From NCBI GenBank assembly GCA_964645705.1, contig CAZYAB010000004.1, positions 295 to 64,294 of the forward strand: DNA of 64,000 nucleotides, in the 5' to 3' direction. Both the position numbers and the translations under genes were made by a program. This document shows, one piece after another, positions 49,852 through 59,908 of the stretch. The number at the start of each line of letters is the position of its first letter. The first letter of the stretch is position 1. The notes below the pieces were generated by a model that saw only the letters and a list, made by a program, of their open reading frames with translations, did no database searches and was not told the DNA's origin. Source of the stretch: an uncultured Methanosarcinales archaeon. Its GTDB lineage: Archaea; Nanobdellota; Nanobdellia; Woesearchaeales; CAXGTL01.

Positions 49852-50337
49852 TCAACCCCTTATTATTTTTGGTATTTTATCAAATTCGTCGCGCTTAAAA
49901 AAATCAACAGATTTTTGAAGAACAACATATAAATTATTTAATGCATTAATTGGGTTTTTAACTAGATTAACCCAAGCATAATTTCCTCCATAAATAGATT
50001 TTTTAACGAGTTTTGAAAAATAATCATCTTCACCATCTTCTGAAAAATCTTGATTAAATTCTCTTTCAATAAACACATCCTCGAGTTTTGCAAATCTTTC
50101 AAATTTAGTTAGAGTCGCGTCTAAAGCATCTGAAGGATAAATATCTCTTTCAGTCAATGCCAATGCCTTTTTAACTAATCCCCCATCTATTTGATACATA
50201 ATTATAAAGAAAACATCATTGTATTTAACAATCAAATTATCATACTCTTCATCTTCACCACAAATTAATCTTATTGGTCCTTTTTGAACACTACACTTTG
50301 CTCTTTCTAACATATCAAAAAAATCTTTTGCATTCAT
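49852..50337 (-). CDS. Hypothetical protein
   Basis: 161-aa ORF co-directional with its neighbours; no motif recognised. Confidence 0.55.
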   Translation of the reverse strand: MNAKDFFDMLERAKCSVQKGPIRLICGEDEEYDNLIVKYNDVFFIIMYQIDGGLVKKALALTERDIYPSDALDATLTKFERFAKLEDVFIEREFNQDFSEDGEDDYFSKLVKKSIYGGNYAWVNLVKNPINALNNLYVVLQKSVDFFKRDEFDKIPKIIRG

Positions 50338-50381
50338 TTTTTATTATTTTACTGAAAATTAAATAAAATTTATAAGCCTTT

Positions 50382-51422
50382 CTATCTAAAAGGTGAACAA
50401 ATAGGCTCACCCTGAAAAAAATCTTTAAACTTTTCAAAAGCACTTGCTCTGCAACCGCCACAGATAAACTTATATGGACAAATTCCGCAAATTCCTTTTA
50501 ATGTTCTATTTCTCAACTTATTAAACAATCCAGAATTATTCCAAAGATCATAGAAATCTTTTTCATAAACATTCCCTACAATCAAAGAGGACTTATCACA
50601 AGGCAATAAATTACCTTTAGGATCAATACAACAAATAGAAATTCCAGCACTACAACCTGCTAATATTTTAGAAAGGTCTTTGTATTTATTATAAATCTTA
50701 TCAACCATTGGTTCAATAGTATTATACAAAGGATCTCTACATCTTATATTTATATTATTGGATCTATTAAACAATTCTAAAAAAATGCTTTTTAATAAAT
50801 TCTTAGGTATCAAAGTATAATCATAATCATGTTTAAATCCTACAGGCCTATCTATAATATACTCAAACACATTCAGAGAAATGCAAAGATCGCAAATTTT
50901 AGGCAATTCATGAATGTTTTGTGGCATTGCTTTTGTTTTTAATGCTAAAGTAATGTTGGTTTTTACTATTTTTTTTATTAAATCAATTATTTTATCATAT
51001 GAATTTGAACTATTTTTAATCAAATTATTGTGAGTGTCTTTTAACCCATTTAATTCAATTACCATTGCGTCTAACCCTATTTTATTCAATAAATCAACAT
51101 CTTCAAAAGTTAATAAAGTTGCATTTGTTTCAAGAATTGAAAGAATACCATGATCTTTAGCAAATTTTATTAATTTAAGAATATCTTTTTTATATATTAA
51201 AGGCTCACCGCCTGTAAAAACAATTCTATGAATTGTCTTAGGATTTAAGTTTTTAATAAAATCTTTTGCTTTTTCTAAACCAAAACATCCTTTTTCAAAA
51301 GAGTTTAATGAAAATTTATACTCTATATTATTTTCATTTGTGTACTTAAAAAAAAGATATTCTATTTTATTTGATTTAATCTTTGTTTCAAACATTGAAA
51401 AAACAGTAAGGATCTTCTTCAA
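50382..51422 (-). CDS. Radical SAM-fold/SPASM protein lacking the CxxxCxxC motif
   Basis: FTGGEPL, ETNATLL and a full SPASM (GCSAG...C...PC...CGICPY..ICGGCRA...EPIC), but YTNENNIEYKFS where CxxxCxxC is expected. Start uncertain. Confidence 0.8.
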   Translation of the reverse strand: MKKILTVFSMFETKIKSNKIEYLFFKYTNENNIEYKFSLNSFEKGCFGLEKAKDFIKNLNPKTIHRIVFTGGEPLIYKKDILKLIKFAKDHGILSILETNATLLTFEDVDLLNKIGLDAMVIELNGLKDTHNNLIKNSSNSYDKIIDLIKKIVKTNITLALKTKAMPQNIHELPKICDLCISLNVFEYIIDRPVGFKHDYDYTLIPKNLLKSIFLELFNRSNNINIRCRDPLYNTIEPMVDKIYNKYKDLSKILAGCSAGISICCIDPKGNLLPCDKSSLIVGNVYEKDFYDLWNNSGLFNKLRNRTLKGICGICPYKFICGGCRASAFEKFKDFFQGEPICSPFR

Positions 51423-52413
51423 AAATGTCCCCTTTTAAAGAATAAGCCATAGCCCTACATCCTCCACACAAATTAATATATTTACAAAACTTACACTTTC
51501 CTTTTAAACAATCCCTTTTTCTCAATTTTTTGAACAAACTTGAATTATTCCAAATATCTGAAAAATAATCTTTTCTTATATTTCCTGCAAATTTTGGAAC
51601 AAATCCACACGGAGAAACATTTCCTTTATTATCAATATTACAAATAGAAATTCCTGCCAAACAACCACCTAAAATTTCATCATTTAATTTATCTTTGTAT
51701 TTATTTTCAATTTTTTCTTTGTATAAATAAGGAATTATTACGGGATCTCTGCTCATCATTTTAATTCCTTTTTTTTGTGCATAAACCCAAGCTTTATCAA
51801 CAACTTCTTTATATTCCTCAGGCGCAACTAATAATTCTTTTTTATTAACTTTCATCTTACCAGCAGGAATATATCTTTTTAATGCAAACTCTTCAACACC
51901 TAACTCTTTTGTCAAATCAACCAAATATTTGTATTGATCCATGTTCCATTTCATAACAGTTAATTTAATTGTAACTTTTAAACCTTCATCAACTAAATAT
52001 TTAATCGCATTAATTGCCTTTTCAAAAGTACCTTTTTTTCCCCTAATCTTATCGTGTATTTCTTCATTTCCATCTAAACTAATTACTATTCCCCCTAAAT
52101 TTACTTTTTTCAATTTTTTTGCTATGTCTGAAGTTATCAAAGTACCATTAGAAGGCATATAAGTATTAATGCCTAATTCATGAGTATATTCTAATAAATC
52201 AAAAATTCCTTTTTTCAATAAAGGTTCTCCACCTGAAAAAACTATTCTTTCTGGTTTAAATCCTGAAATCTCTTTGATTACATCCCTTATTTCATTTATT
52301 GTTAGCTCATTTTTATCTTCAACACTGATTGAACCACAGTGCTTGCAATTTAAATTACATTTAGAAGTTAAATCTATTGAAACTAAAAGTAAAGGAAAAT
52401 CATCAGATTTCAT
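51388..52413 (-). CDS. Radical SAM/SPASM protein (NirJ/Ahb/PqqE-like)
   Basis: CNLNCKHC, FSGGEPLL, SNGTL, SLDG..EIHDKIRG, GCLAG...C...PC...CKFCKY..LCGGCRA...EDPYC. Confidence 0.9.
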   Translation of the reverse strand: MKSDDFPLLLVSIDLTSKCNLNCKHCGSISVEDKNELTINEIRDVIKEISGFKPERIVFSGGEPLLKKGIFDLLEYTHELGINTYMPSNGTLITSDIAKKLKKVNLGGIVISLDGNEEIHDKIRGKKGTFEKAINAIKYLVDEGLKVTIKLTVMKWNMDQYKYLVDLTKELGVEEFALKRYIPAGKMKVNKKELLVAPEEYKEVVDKAWVYAQKKGIKMMSRDPVIIPYLYKEKIENKYKDKLNDEILGGCLAGISICNIDNKGNVSPCGFVPKFAGNIRKDYFSDIWNNSSLFKKLRKRDCLKGKCKFCKYINLCGGCRAMAYSLKGDIFEEDPYCFFNV

Positions 52414-52439
52414 TATTCAATTCTCCGTATTCAAAATAC

Positions 52440-52577
52440 TTAATTGACACTAACGTGACAGCTAAATTCATTAGCAATTATCTTTTTCCTTTGAATAGGC
52501 ATTTGTAAAACAACAGTTTTAGAAGCATTCCCAGATAATTGTTTTTCCTTAGCTGTTATTTTTATGTCTTTTTTCAT
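52440..52577 (-). CDS. 45-aa putative RiPP precursor peptide (not in the ORF track)
   Basis: MKKDIKITAKEKQLSGNASKTVVLQMPIQRKKIIANEFSCHVSVN; strong AGGTGA SD; first gene of the radical SAM pair operon. Confidence 0.7.
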   Translation of the reverse strand: MKKDIKITAKEKQLSGNASKTVVLQMPIQRKKIIANEFSCHVSVN

Positions 52578-52662
52578 GATTCATCACCTAATAATCAAGA
52601 TAAAACACTGTTTTAAAAGGATTTCCGCCTACATTTTGCAAATCTTCCGAATAAAGAAATAA

Positions 52663-55104
52663 CTAAATCTCTATACCCAACTCAACAGGATAATTATTAC
52701 AAGCAATGCTCACTTCTTGATCAAACACAATTGCATCAGCATGCGTTACAGCCTTAATATCTTCAATAACTTTCATCAAAGCTTCTCTGTGTTCTTGTTT
52801 TTCGCATTTAATCACTAACTTCTTAAGAGAGGCTTTCAAAGATAGTTTATTATCAGACTTAAACTTACGCACAGTGCTGATTACATCAAGTGCAACATCA
52901 CCTGATAATTCTGCACCTTCATCTATCATAGATTCATCAACATTTGGCCATTTTGTTAAATGAATACTTTCTATTTTGATCTTATCTTTAAAATATGATT
53001 GATAAACATATTCAGTAATATAAGGCGTAAATGGTGAATAAAGTTTAAGAACATTTAACAAAACAGAGTACAAAGTAAATTGTGCACTTTTTCTTTCTTC
53101 AACACCGCGAGAATCAGGATTATAAAGACGGTCTTTTACAATTTCTAAATAATTATCACAAAATACTTGCCAAAAAAGTTTATCTGTTTCTAATCTTGGT
53201 CTAGAAAATCTAAATTTGTCCATTCTTTCTGTTGAAAATTTAATTAGTCTATTAAGTTTAGACAAAATCCATTTATCAAAAACCAGTAATTCTGGTTTGG
53301 ATAAATCATAATCCTGCAAATGTATAAAACAAAACTTAGAAGCATTGAATAATTTAGTAATAGTCTTTTTACCAGCAACAACATCTTTCTCAGGAAATGG
53401 CAAATCTTCACCTAATTTACAACCGCCTGCCATAAAACGAAGCGCATCTGCAGAATATTTATTGATCATGACTTGAGGTTCAATAACATTACCTTTTGAT
53501 TTAGACATTTTTTTCCCTTTTGGATCAAGCATCCAACCATTGATAAAACAATGATTCCATGGTTTAAGATTAAAATGTAACTTACTTTTTATAACAGTAT
53601 TAAATAACCAAAAAGTTATAATGTCATGACCTTGTGGCCTTAGATTCATAGGATTTTTTCTAAGTTTTTCATAAATTGCATGATCTTTGAATAATTCAAT
53701 TACCAATGTTGGTGTCAAAGAACTAGTAGCCCATGTGTTTATTATATCTTTTTCACCAATAAATTCAGAACAACCGCACTTAGGACACTTATCAACAGGT
53801 GGTTTATCCTCTAGAGGATCAACAGGAAGATCTTCTTCTTTAGCTAATATAACTTCATCACATTTTTTACAATACCAAACAGGAAAAGGAATGCCAAAAG
53901 GTAATTGTCGAGAAATACACCAATCCCATTGCAAACCATTTACCCAATTATCATATCTATTTTTCATGTGCTTAGGATGCCATCCTAATTCATTTCCCCA
54001 AGCAACCATCTTATCTTTAAGATCAAGATATTTTATAAACCACTGCTTAGAATGAATAAACTCAACAGTTGTGCCACATCTTTCATGCACATTAACAAAA
54101 TGTTTTATTGGTTTTTGCCCTTTAAGCAGATCTTTGTTCTTAAGATCTTTAATAATTTCTTTTCTAGCATTTTCAATTTTCATGCCTTTATATTTTCCAG
54201 AGATTTCAGTCATCAAACCATTATTATTAATTGCTTCTTTAATAGGTAGTTTATGTGCTTTTTGCCATTCCATGTCGGCTTGATCACCAAAAGTACAACA
54301 CATAACAATGCCTGTTCCTTTTTCAGGATCAGCTCTATGATCTTCTAAAATAGGAACTTCAAAATCAAACAAAGGAACTTTTGCTTTTTTGTCTTTAAGA
54401 TTTTGGTAACGTTTATCATCAGGATGGAAAAAGATTGCAACACAAGCTGGCAGCAACTCTGGTCTAGTTGTTGCGATTATTAATTCTTTATTACCTACTT
54501 TAAACACAATATCATTAAAATGAGAACTTATTTCCTTGTCTTCACATTCAACTTGAGCAATAGCTGTTCTACATTTAGGACAAAATATAGCAGGGGCTTC
54601 TGCTCTATATTCTCTACCCATTTTATACAAATCAATAAAAGATTTTTGAGAGATTCTTTGACAATGAGGATCAATAGTAGAATAATTAACACTAAAATCA
54701 CAACTAATTCCTAAACGTCTCCAGTCATTTGTATAACTTGGTTTTAATTCATTATTCAAAGTATCTAAACACAATTTTCTAAATTCTTTTCTACCTAAAT
54801 CCTCTGCTCTTACTTTTTTCAAGTTTTCAATAAGCAATTTTGTTGGTAAACCATTATCATCTGTTCCAAATGGTTGTAAAACACTAAATCCTTTCATTCT
54901 TTTATATCTAGCAATGAAATCTTGTTGACTATTACCAAAAGCATGACCTAGATGCATCTTCCCACTAACAGTAGGAGGAGGTGTATCTATTACAAACAAG
55001 GGTTTTTTAGAATCAGGATCAAATTTATAGATTTGATTATCTTCCCAGAATTTCAATATTTTTGGTTCTTCCACTTGCGGATCATATTTCTTAGCCAGTT
55101 CCAT
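52663..55104 (-). CDS. valS: Valine--tRNA ligase (archaeal type)
   Basis: IDTPPPTVSGKMHLGH, ATTRPELL, GTGIVMCCTFGD, WDWCISRQ, RPQGHDII.FW, KMSKSKGN. Confidence 0.97.
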   Translation of the reverse strand: MELAKKYDPQVEEPKILKFWEDNQIYKFDPDSKKPLFVIDTPPPTVSGKMHLGHAFGNSQQDFIARYKRMKGFSVLQPFGTDDNGLPTKLLIENLKKVRAEDLGRKEFRKLCLDTLNNELKPSYTNDWRRLGISCDFSVNYSTIDPHCQRISQKSFIDLYKMGREYRAEAPAIFCPKCRTAIAQVECEDKEISSHFNDIVFKVGNKELIIATTRPELLPACVAIFFHPDDKRYQNLKDKKAKVPLFDFEVPILEDHRADPEKGTGIVMCCTFGDQADMEWQKAHKLPIKEAINNNGLMTEISGKYKGMKIENARKEIIKDLKNKDLLKGQKPIKHFVNVHERCGTTVEFIHSKQWFIKYLDLKDKMVAWGNELGWHPKHMKNRYDNWVNGLQWDWCISRQLPFGIPFPVWYCKKCDEVILAKEEDLPVDPLEDKPPVDKCPKCGCSEFIGEKDIINTWATSSLTPTLVIELFKDHAIYEKLRKNPMNLRPQGHDIITFWLFNTVIKSKLHFNLKPWNHCFINGWMLDPKGKKMSKSKGNVIEPQVMINKYSADALRFMAGGCKLGEDLPFPEKDVVAGKKTITKLFNASKFCFIHLQDYDLSKPELLVFDKWILSKLNRLIKFSTERMDKFRFSRPRLETDKLFWQVFCDNYLEIVKDRLYNPDSRGVEERKSAQFTLYSVLLNVLKLYSPFTPYITEYVYQSYFKDKIKIESIHLTKWPNVDESMIDEGAELSGDVALDVISTVRKFKSDNKLSLKASLKKLVIKCEKQEHREALMKVIEDIKAVTHADAIVFDQEVSIACNNYPVELGIEI

Positions 55105-55180
55105 AGTACTAATAGTAAGTAAAAGAGTATTTAAAAAGGTTATTGTTTAAAATAAGTACTTGAAAAGAACAAATAATCAA

Positions 55181-56371
55181 TCAAGCAGCTTTAACTAATT
55201 TTCTTTTTTCAAGCATATCATTAAATATATAAACAATCATACCAAGATTTTCATGCTTTACACCAGAAAGTTTTAAAGTTTCTTGGTCAATTGGTTTTTC
55301 CTTGCTCCACAAACTTGCAATTATTTTCAAATATTTTCCTTCAACTCCTTCCTTCTTCAACAAACCCATCGGAGATTTTGATTTTTTCTTTCTTTGTTTA
55401 TGAACAGCTTCCTCTTCAGCAGTTTCAATAAATTCACCCTCAATAGTTAAACCACTAAAGATTATTCTTTTCTTATTTTCTAATTTATTAAATAAAGATT
55501 TCAGATTAAAAGCACTAATTTGTCTTTCTTTTGCAAAAGTTAAATTTGTTTTTAAATCAGCAGGAACAATCATAGTATCGCTTACAAAGACGTAATCAGG
55601 CACACACAAACCCTGCGCTCTTTTATTTGCAGCTTTTTTAAAACTGTTATCTTCGTCTAAAGGGATCATAATACCATTTTCACCTATTTCTGCAGAGATT
55701 TTTTTTGTGAGATTATTTATTTCATCTCTTTGCATTTCTTCAAATAATTCTTGAATTTTCTCTTCAAATTTACTACCTATAAAAGTGCTAAAAGGGTTAA
55801 AGCTAGTGCTCCTACAAAAAGCTGTTAAATTATTAAATTCAGACCTGAAAAAAATATTAGGTGACTTTTCTTTGATTATCTTTTTAGCAAATTTAAAAAG
55901 AGCATAAATATTCATCTTAATATTCTTTTTTGCAGCGAGTTCTATAAACCTGTTTAAAAGGGAACGAAGATTTCTTTTTATATAACTTGCATGACCCCTT
56001 TTATACAAAGGATTTATTTTTTCAAGAAAATTTATTTTTTTATAATAAACATAATAAGAAGCACCCAAAAAATAAGAAATCTTTGCACCAATTTTAAATT
56101 TTTCATAATTCAACCGATCAAAACCTTCAAAGATCTGAAAAAAATCTCTTACAGTATGATAAAGAACTTTATAATCTCTTTTAAAAATGTCAATAATAGA
56201 CATACTAGTAAGAATTTTCGGAAAATGTTTTTGTCTATTTATATAATCATCAGGACAAATAAAGAATCCATCATGATAACTCAAATTAATCATAGAACCA
56301 TCATCTACTTTTAAGTATTTAAGGAGTTTCTTATTATCCCTTTTAAAATGATCCCAAGTCAAAATAAACAT
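55181..56371 (-). CDS. Hypothetical protein with possible PD-(D/E)xK nuclease motif
   Basis: GSKFEEKI...VPDYVFVSDTMIVPADLKT. Start moved to ATG 56371. Confidence 0.5.
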   Translation of the reverse strand: MFILTWDHFKRDNKKLLKYLKVDDGSMINLSYHDGFFICPDDYINRQKHFPKILTSMSIIDIFKRDYKVLYHTVRDFFQIFEGFDRLNYEKFKIGAKISYFLGASYYVYYKKINFLEKINPLYKRGHASYIKRNLRSLLNRFIELAAKKNIKMNIYALFKFAKKIIKEKSPNIFFRSEFNNLTAFCRSTSFNPFSTFIGSKFEEKIQELFEEMQRDEINNLTKKISAEIGENGIMIPLDEDNSFKKAANKRAQGLCVPDYVFVSDTMIVPADLKTNLTFAKERQISAFNLKSLFNKLENKKRIIFSGLTIEGEFIETAEEEAVHKQRKKKSKSPMGLLKKEGVEGKYLKIIASLWSKEKPIDQETLKLSGVKHENLGMIVYIFNDMLEKRKLVKAA

Positions 56372-56483
56372 ATTATAATATTTTAAAAAAAAGATATATA
56401 TAAAACTTTCTATAATATGTAAATCAATAAAAAATGAACTAGAAAACAATAATCTTAATAAATCCTTAAATATTCCTTGAATC

Positions 56484-57698
56484 ATGCCAAACCAACCATG
56501 GACTAAAAAATATCAACCAAAAAATTCTAAAGAGATATTTGGTCAGAATAAAGCAATTGAAAAACTAAAATTTTACATAAACAATTACAAAAAACAAACA
56601 AAAAAAGCAGTAATATTGTATGGAATGCCTGGTAATGGAAAAACATCATCAATATATGCTTTAGCTAATGAACTCAATAGAGAAATAATAGAAATTAATG
56701 CTTCTGATTTTAGAAACAAAGAACAAGTAGAATCATTGATTGGAAGTGCTTCACAACAAATGTCATTATTTATGAAAGAAAAAATAATATTGTTTGATGA
56801 AATAGATGGTTTATCAGGAACAAAAGACAGAGGAGGAATTAGTGCAATAACAAAAGTAATAAGCAAAAGCAAATTCCCAATAATATTAACTGCAAATGAC
56901 CCGTATGATAAAAAACTCTCAACATTAAGAAAAAAATGCGAAATAATACAATTCTCCACACTATCATATATTTCTATTTACAATTGTTTGAAAAAAATAT
57001 GTGAATCAGAAAAAATAAAATACGATGAAACAGCATTAAAAACATTAGCAAGGGTACAAGGAGGGGATCTAAGAGGAGCTATAACTGATTTACAATTATT
57101 ATCAACGCAAAAAGAAATCAATGAAAAAATGATTGAAAACTTATTTTCAAGAAACCAAAAACAATCAATGTTAAAAGCACTTGTTAAAGTATTAAAAAAC
57201 TCAAATCCTGCGATAGCCGTCTCTGCATTTGATGAAGTTGACTTAGATCTCAATAGATCATTATTATGGGTCGATGAAAACCTACCAAAAGAATACTTAA
57301 AACCAAATGATCTCTATAGAGCATACACTTTCTTGGCAAAATCAGAGATATTCAATTCAAGAATTAGAAGATGGCAATATTGGCGCTTATTAGTATATTT
57401 TAATTCATTGATGACTGCCGGCGTTGCAGTTAGTAAAGATGAAAAATATAAACATTTTATAATATACAGACCAACAACAAGAATTTTGAAATTATGGAGA
57501 GCAAAAATGAAAAATGGGAAAAAGAGAGAGATATCTAAAAAAATTGCAAAATGTACACATACTTCATCAAAAATAGCAATAAATAAAATTTTGCCTTTTA
57601 TAAAAATTATTTTCAAGAACGATAAAGAAACTAAAAATAAATTAATTGATGAATTTAACCTGAATAATGATGAAATTGAATTCCTTGCAATTTCTTAA
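56484..57698 (+). CDS. rfcL: Replication factor C large subunit
   Basis: WTKKYQP, GMPGNGKT, EINASDFR, ILFDEIDG, GDLRGAITDLQ, WVDENLP, RIRRWQYW. Confidence 0.93.
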   Translation: MPNQPWTKKYQPKNSKEIFGQNKAIEKLKFYINNYKKQTKKAVILYGMPGNGKTSSIYALANELNREIIEINASDFRNKEQVESLIGSASQQMSLFMKEKIILFDEIDGLSGTKDRGGISAITKVISKSKFPIILTANDPYDKKLSTLRKKCEIIQFSTLSYISIYNCLKKICESEKIKYDETALKTLARVQGGDLRGAITDLQLLSTQKEINEKMIENLFSRNQKQSMLKALVKVLKNSNPAIAVSAFDEVDLDLNRSLLWVDENLPKEYLKPNDLYRAYTFLAKSEIFNSRIRRWQYWRLLVYFNSLMTAGVAVSKDEKYKHFIIYRPTTRILKLWRAKMKNGKKREISKKIAKCTHTSSKIAINKILPFIKIIFKNDKETKNKLIDEFNLNNDEIEFLAIS

Positions 57699-57755
57699 AT
57701 TATATATATACAAAGATAGTAAAGTTTATATACATATTAAACAATTTAAAGTTTA

Positions 57756-59867
57756 ATGAAAAAAAGATTGATGGTTTTAATAATAGTTTTAATATTTCTG
57801 TTTAGTTTGAACTTTTGTTTAGGAATAATAAGGTCAGAAGACAATATTAAAGAAGAATATAATTTAGGCGATGTTATTGAAACTAGCGGGGATATTTTTA
57901 GTACAAAAGATAGCAATGTAGATTTTAAAATTAAAATAATTTGTTCTGATCAGGAAACATTACTTATGATAAAAAAGATGTATCTTAAGAAGAATACACT
58001 ACAAAAATTTGAGGAAAATCTATTCATACCTTATTTTTCAGAAGAAATTTGTAAATTGAAATACGAGCTTTTTGAAAATAATAATAAAATTGAGGAAAAA
58101 GAATCAAAAGAATTAAAAATAGTAAAAAAATTAAATACTCGTGTAATATTAGAAAATGAATTAATCCAATTAGGGGAAACAATATTATTAAAGGGTGAAG
58201 CTAAAAAATTAAATGATGAAAAGATCAATGGAAATGCTCTAATTTCTATTAAAAAAGATAATGAAAATTATTTAATAGTGAATTCAGAAATAAACAAAGG
58301 AGTTATCGAAAAAGAAATAGGTCCTATTTTAATTCCGAATGGAGATTATTTTTTAACGATAAATATAAGAGACGTTCACGGAAATGAAGGAAAAGTTGAA
58401 AATTTACCATTTAAAGTATTGACTAAAATAGAATTAGAAACAAAAATAAATAAAATAAACTTTGTTCCTGGTGAAAAAATAAAAATAACAGGAAGCATAA
58501 CTAATTTAAAAGAAATATCTGATGAATTTGAGCTTAGAATTAATCTTAATGATCAAAACCAGGAAAAAATCATTCCAGCAGAATTTGAACAAGAATTTAA
58601 GATACAAGAAAACACAAAATCACTCATAAATAAATTAATTATTAAAGTATTTGATAATTATGGTAATGTTGGTGAAGACATACATGAAATAAACATAATT
58701 CCACAAGTAAAAGAAATAAAGATGGATACAGATAAAAAAGAGTATGAAATAGACAACACAATAAATATTAACATAAGCTTGATCGACCAAGCAAATGATA
58801 TAATTAATGATGATGTGAAGTTAATAATCAAAAATAATTTATTTACAATTGATGAAATGAGGGTTAATACTAAAGAAACTATCAAATACAAGGTTAAAGA
58901 TGGGTTAGATGGTGAAGAAATAAGAATAATAACTGAATATAATGACTTAAAAAATGAAAAAGAGATACAAATATTAGAAACAGATACAACAAATAAAGAA
59001 AAAGATTACATAACTGGAAATTTTGCAAAAGAGCTAGGAAAAAATCTTAGCAAATTAGGATATGTTATGGGTGCTTTGATATTATTAGTTATACTGGTTT
59101 TTGTTTTATCACACTCTAAATTAAAAAAAGACGTAAAACACATGTTTAAGAAAAAACATGAAAAACATGAAAAAGTAAAAAAACAACTTCAAAATAAAAT
59201 TAAAAAAAAACACAAAGAAAAAAAACAACTAGAAAAAACATTCCATACATATATTGACCCAGTCATTGCAAAAAGATTAGTTCAAGAAAAAGGGAGTAAA
59301 GAAGGAATTAAAAAAAACATTACTGTTTTATTTGCAGACATGAGAGGTTTTACTAGATTGTCTGAAAACACAGATCCTGAAAAAGTAGTTGATAAATTAA
59401 ATTTATTTCACAAAGCAGTTTCAGACTCAATAAAAATGTATAATGGAATTGTTGATCAAATAGTAGGTGATGAAGTTTTTGCATTATTCAATGTGGTTAA
59501 AGAAGATGGCAACCACGCATTAAACGCAGCAAAAGCTGCAATAAAAGTAAGAAGCAAAATAAATGAAATAAACAAAAAATTAAAAAAAGAAAACAAAAAA
59601 CTAATAAAAGTAGGCATAGGTGTAAATTCCGGTGAAGTAATGTTAGGCAACATAGGGTCTGATAATATGTTAAGATATACTGCTATAGGCAATACAGTTA
59701 ATCTTGGTTCAAGACTACAAAGCAAAGCAAAACATAATCAAATACTGATTACAGAGGAAACATACAAAATTCTAAAAAAAGATATAGAAGTTGAAGATTT
59801 GGGTTATATGAATTTTAAAAATATCAGTAAACAAGTCAGTGTGTATAATGTTATTGGGTTAAAGTAA
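57756..59867 (+). CDS. Receptor-type class III adenylate/guanylate cyclase (large extracellular domain, single TM)
   Basis: Signal peptide, beta-rich ectodomain, TM, then TVLFADMRGFT, VGDEVFALF, GIGVNSGEV, YTAIGNTVNLGSRLQ. Confidence 0.88.
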   Translation: MKKRLMVLIIVLIFLFSLNFCLGIIRSEDNIKEEYNLGDVIETSGDIFSTKDSNVDFKIKIICSDQETLLMIKKMYLKKNTLQKFEENLFIPYFSEEICKLKYELFENNNKIEEKESKELKIVKKLNTRVILENELIQLGETILLKGEAKKLNDEKINGNALISIKKDNENYLIVNSEINKGVIEKEIGPILIPNGDYFLTINIRDVHGNEGKVENLPFKVLTKIELETKINKINFVPGEKIKITGSITNLKEISDEFELRINLNDQNQEKIIPAEFEQEFKIQENTKSLINKLIIKVFDNYGNVGEDIHEINIIPQVKEIKMDTDKKEYEIDNTININISLIDQANDIINDDVKLIIKNNLFTIDEMRVNTKETIKYKVKDGLDGEEIRIITEYNDLKNEKEIQILETDTTNKEKDYITGNFAKELGKNLSKLGYVMGALILLVILVFVLSHSKLKKDVKHMFKKKHEKHEKVKKQLQNKIKKKHKEKKQLEKTFHTYIDPVIAKRLVQEKGSKEGIKKNITVLFADMRGFTRLSENTDPEKVVDKLNLFHKAVSDSIKMYNGIVDQIVGDEVFALFNVVKEDGNHALNAAKAAIKVRSKINEINKKLKKENKKLIKVGIGVNSGEVMLGNIGSDNMLRYTAIGNTVNLGSRLQSKAKHNQILITEETYKILKKDIEVEDLGYMNFKNISKQVSVYNVIGLK

Positions 59868-59908
59868 TTCTAGAAATAGTAATAATAAAAAACAAAAATA
59901 ATAAAAAA

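Noticed and set aside
50382..52413. Calling the radical SAM pair ahbC/ahbD (heme biosynthesis)
   Set aside because: No other tetrapyrrole genes nearby, one partner lacks CxxxCxxC, and a precursor-like peptide leads the operon.
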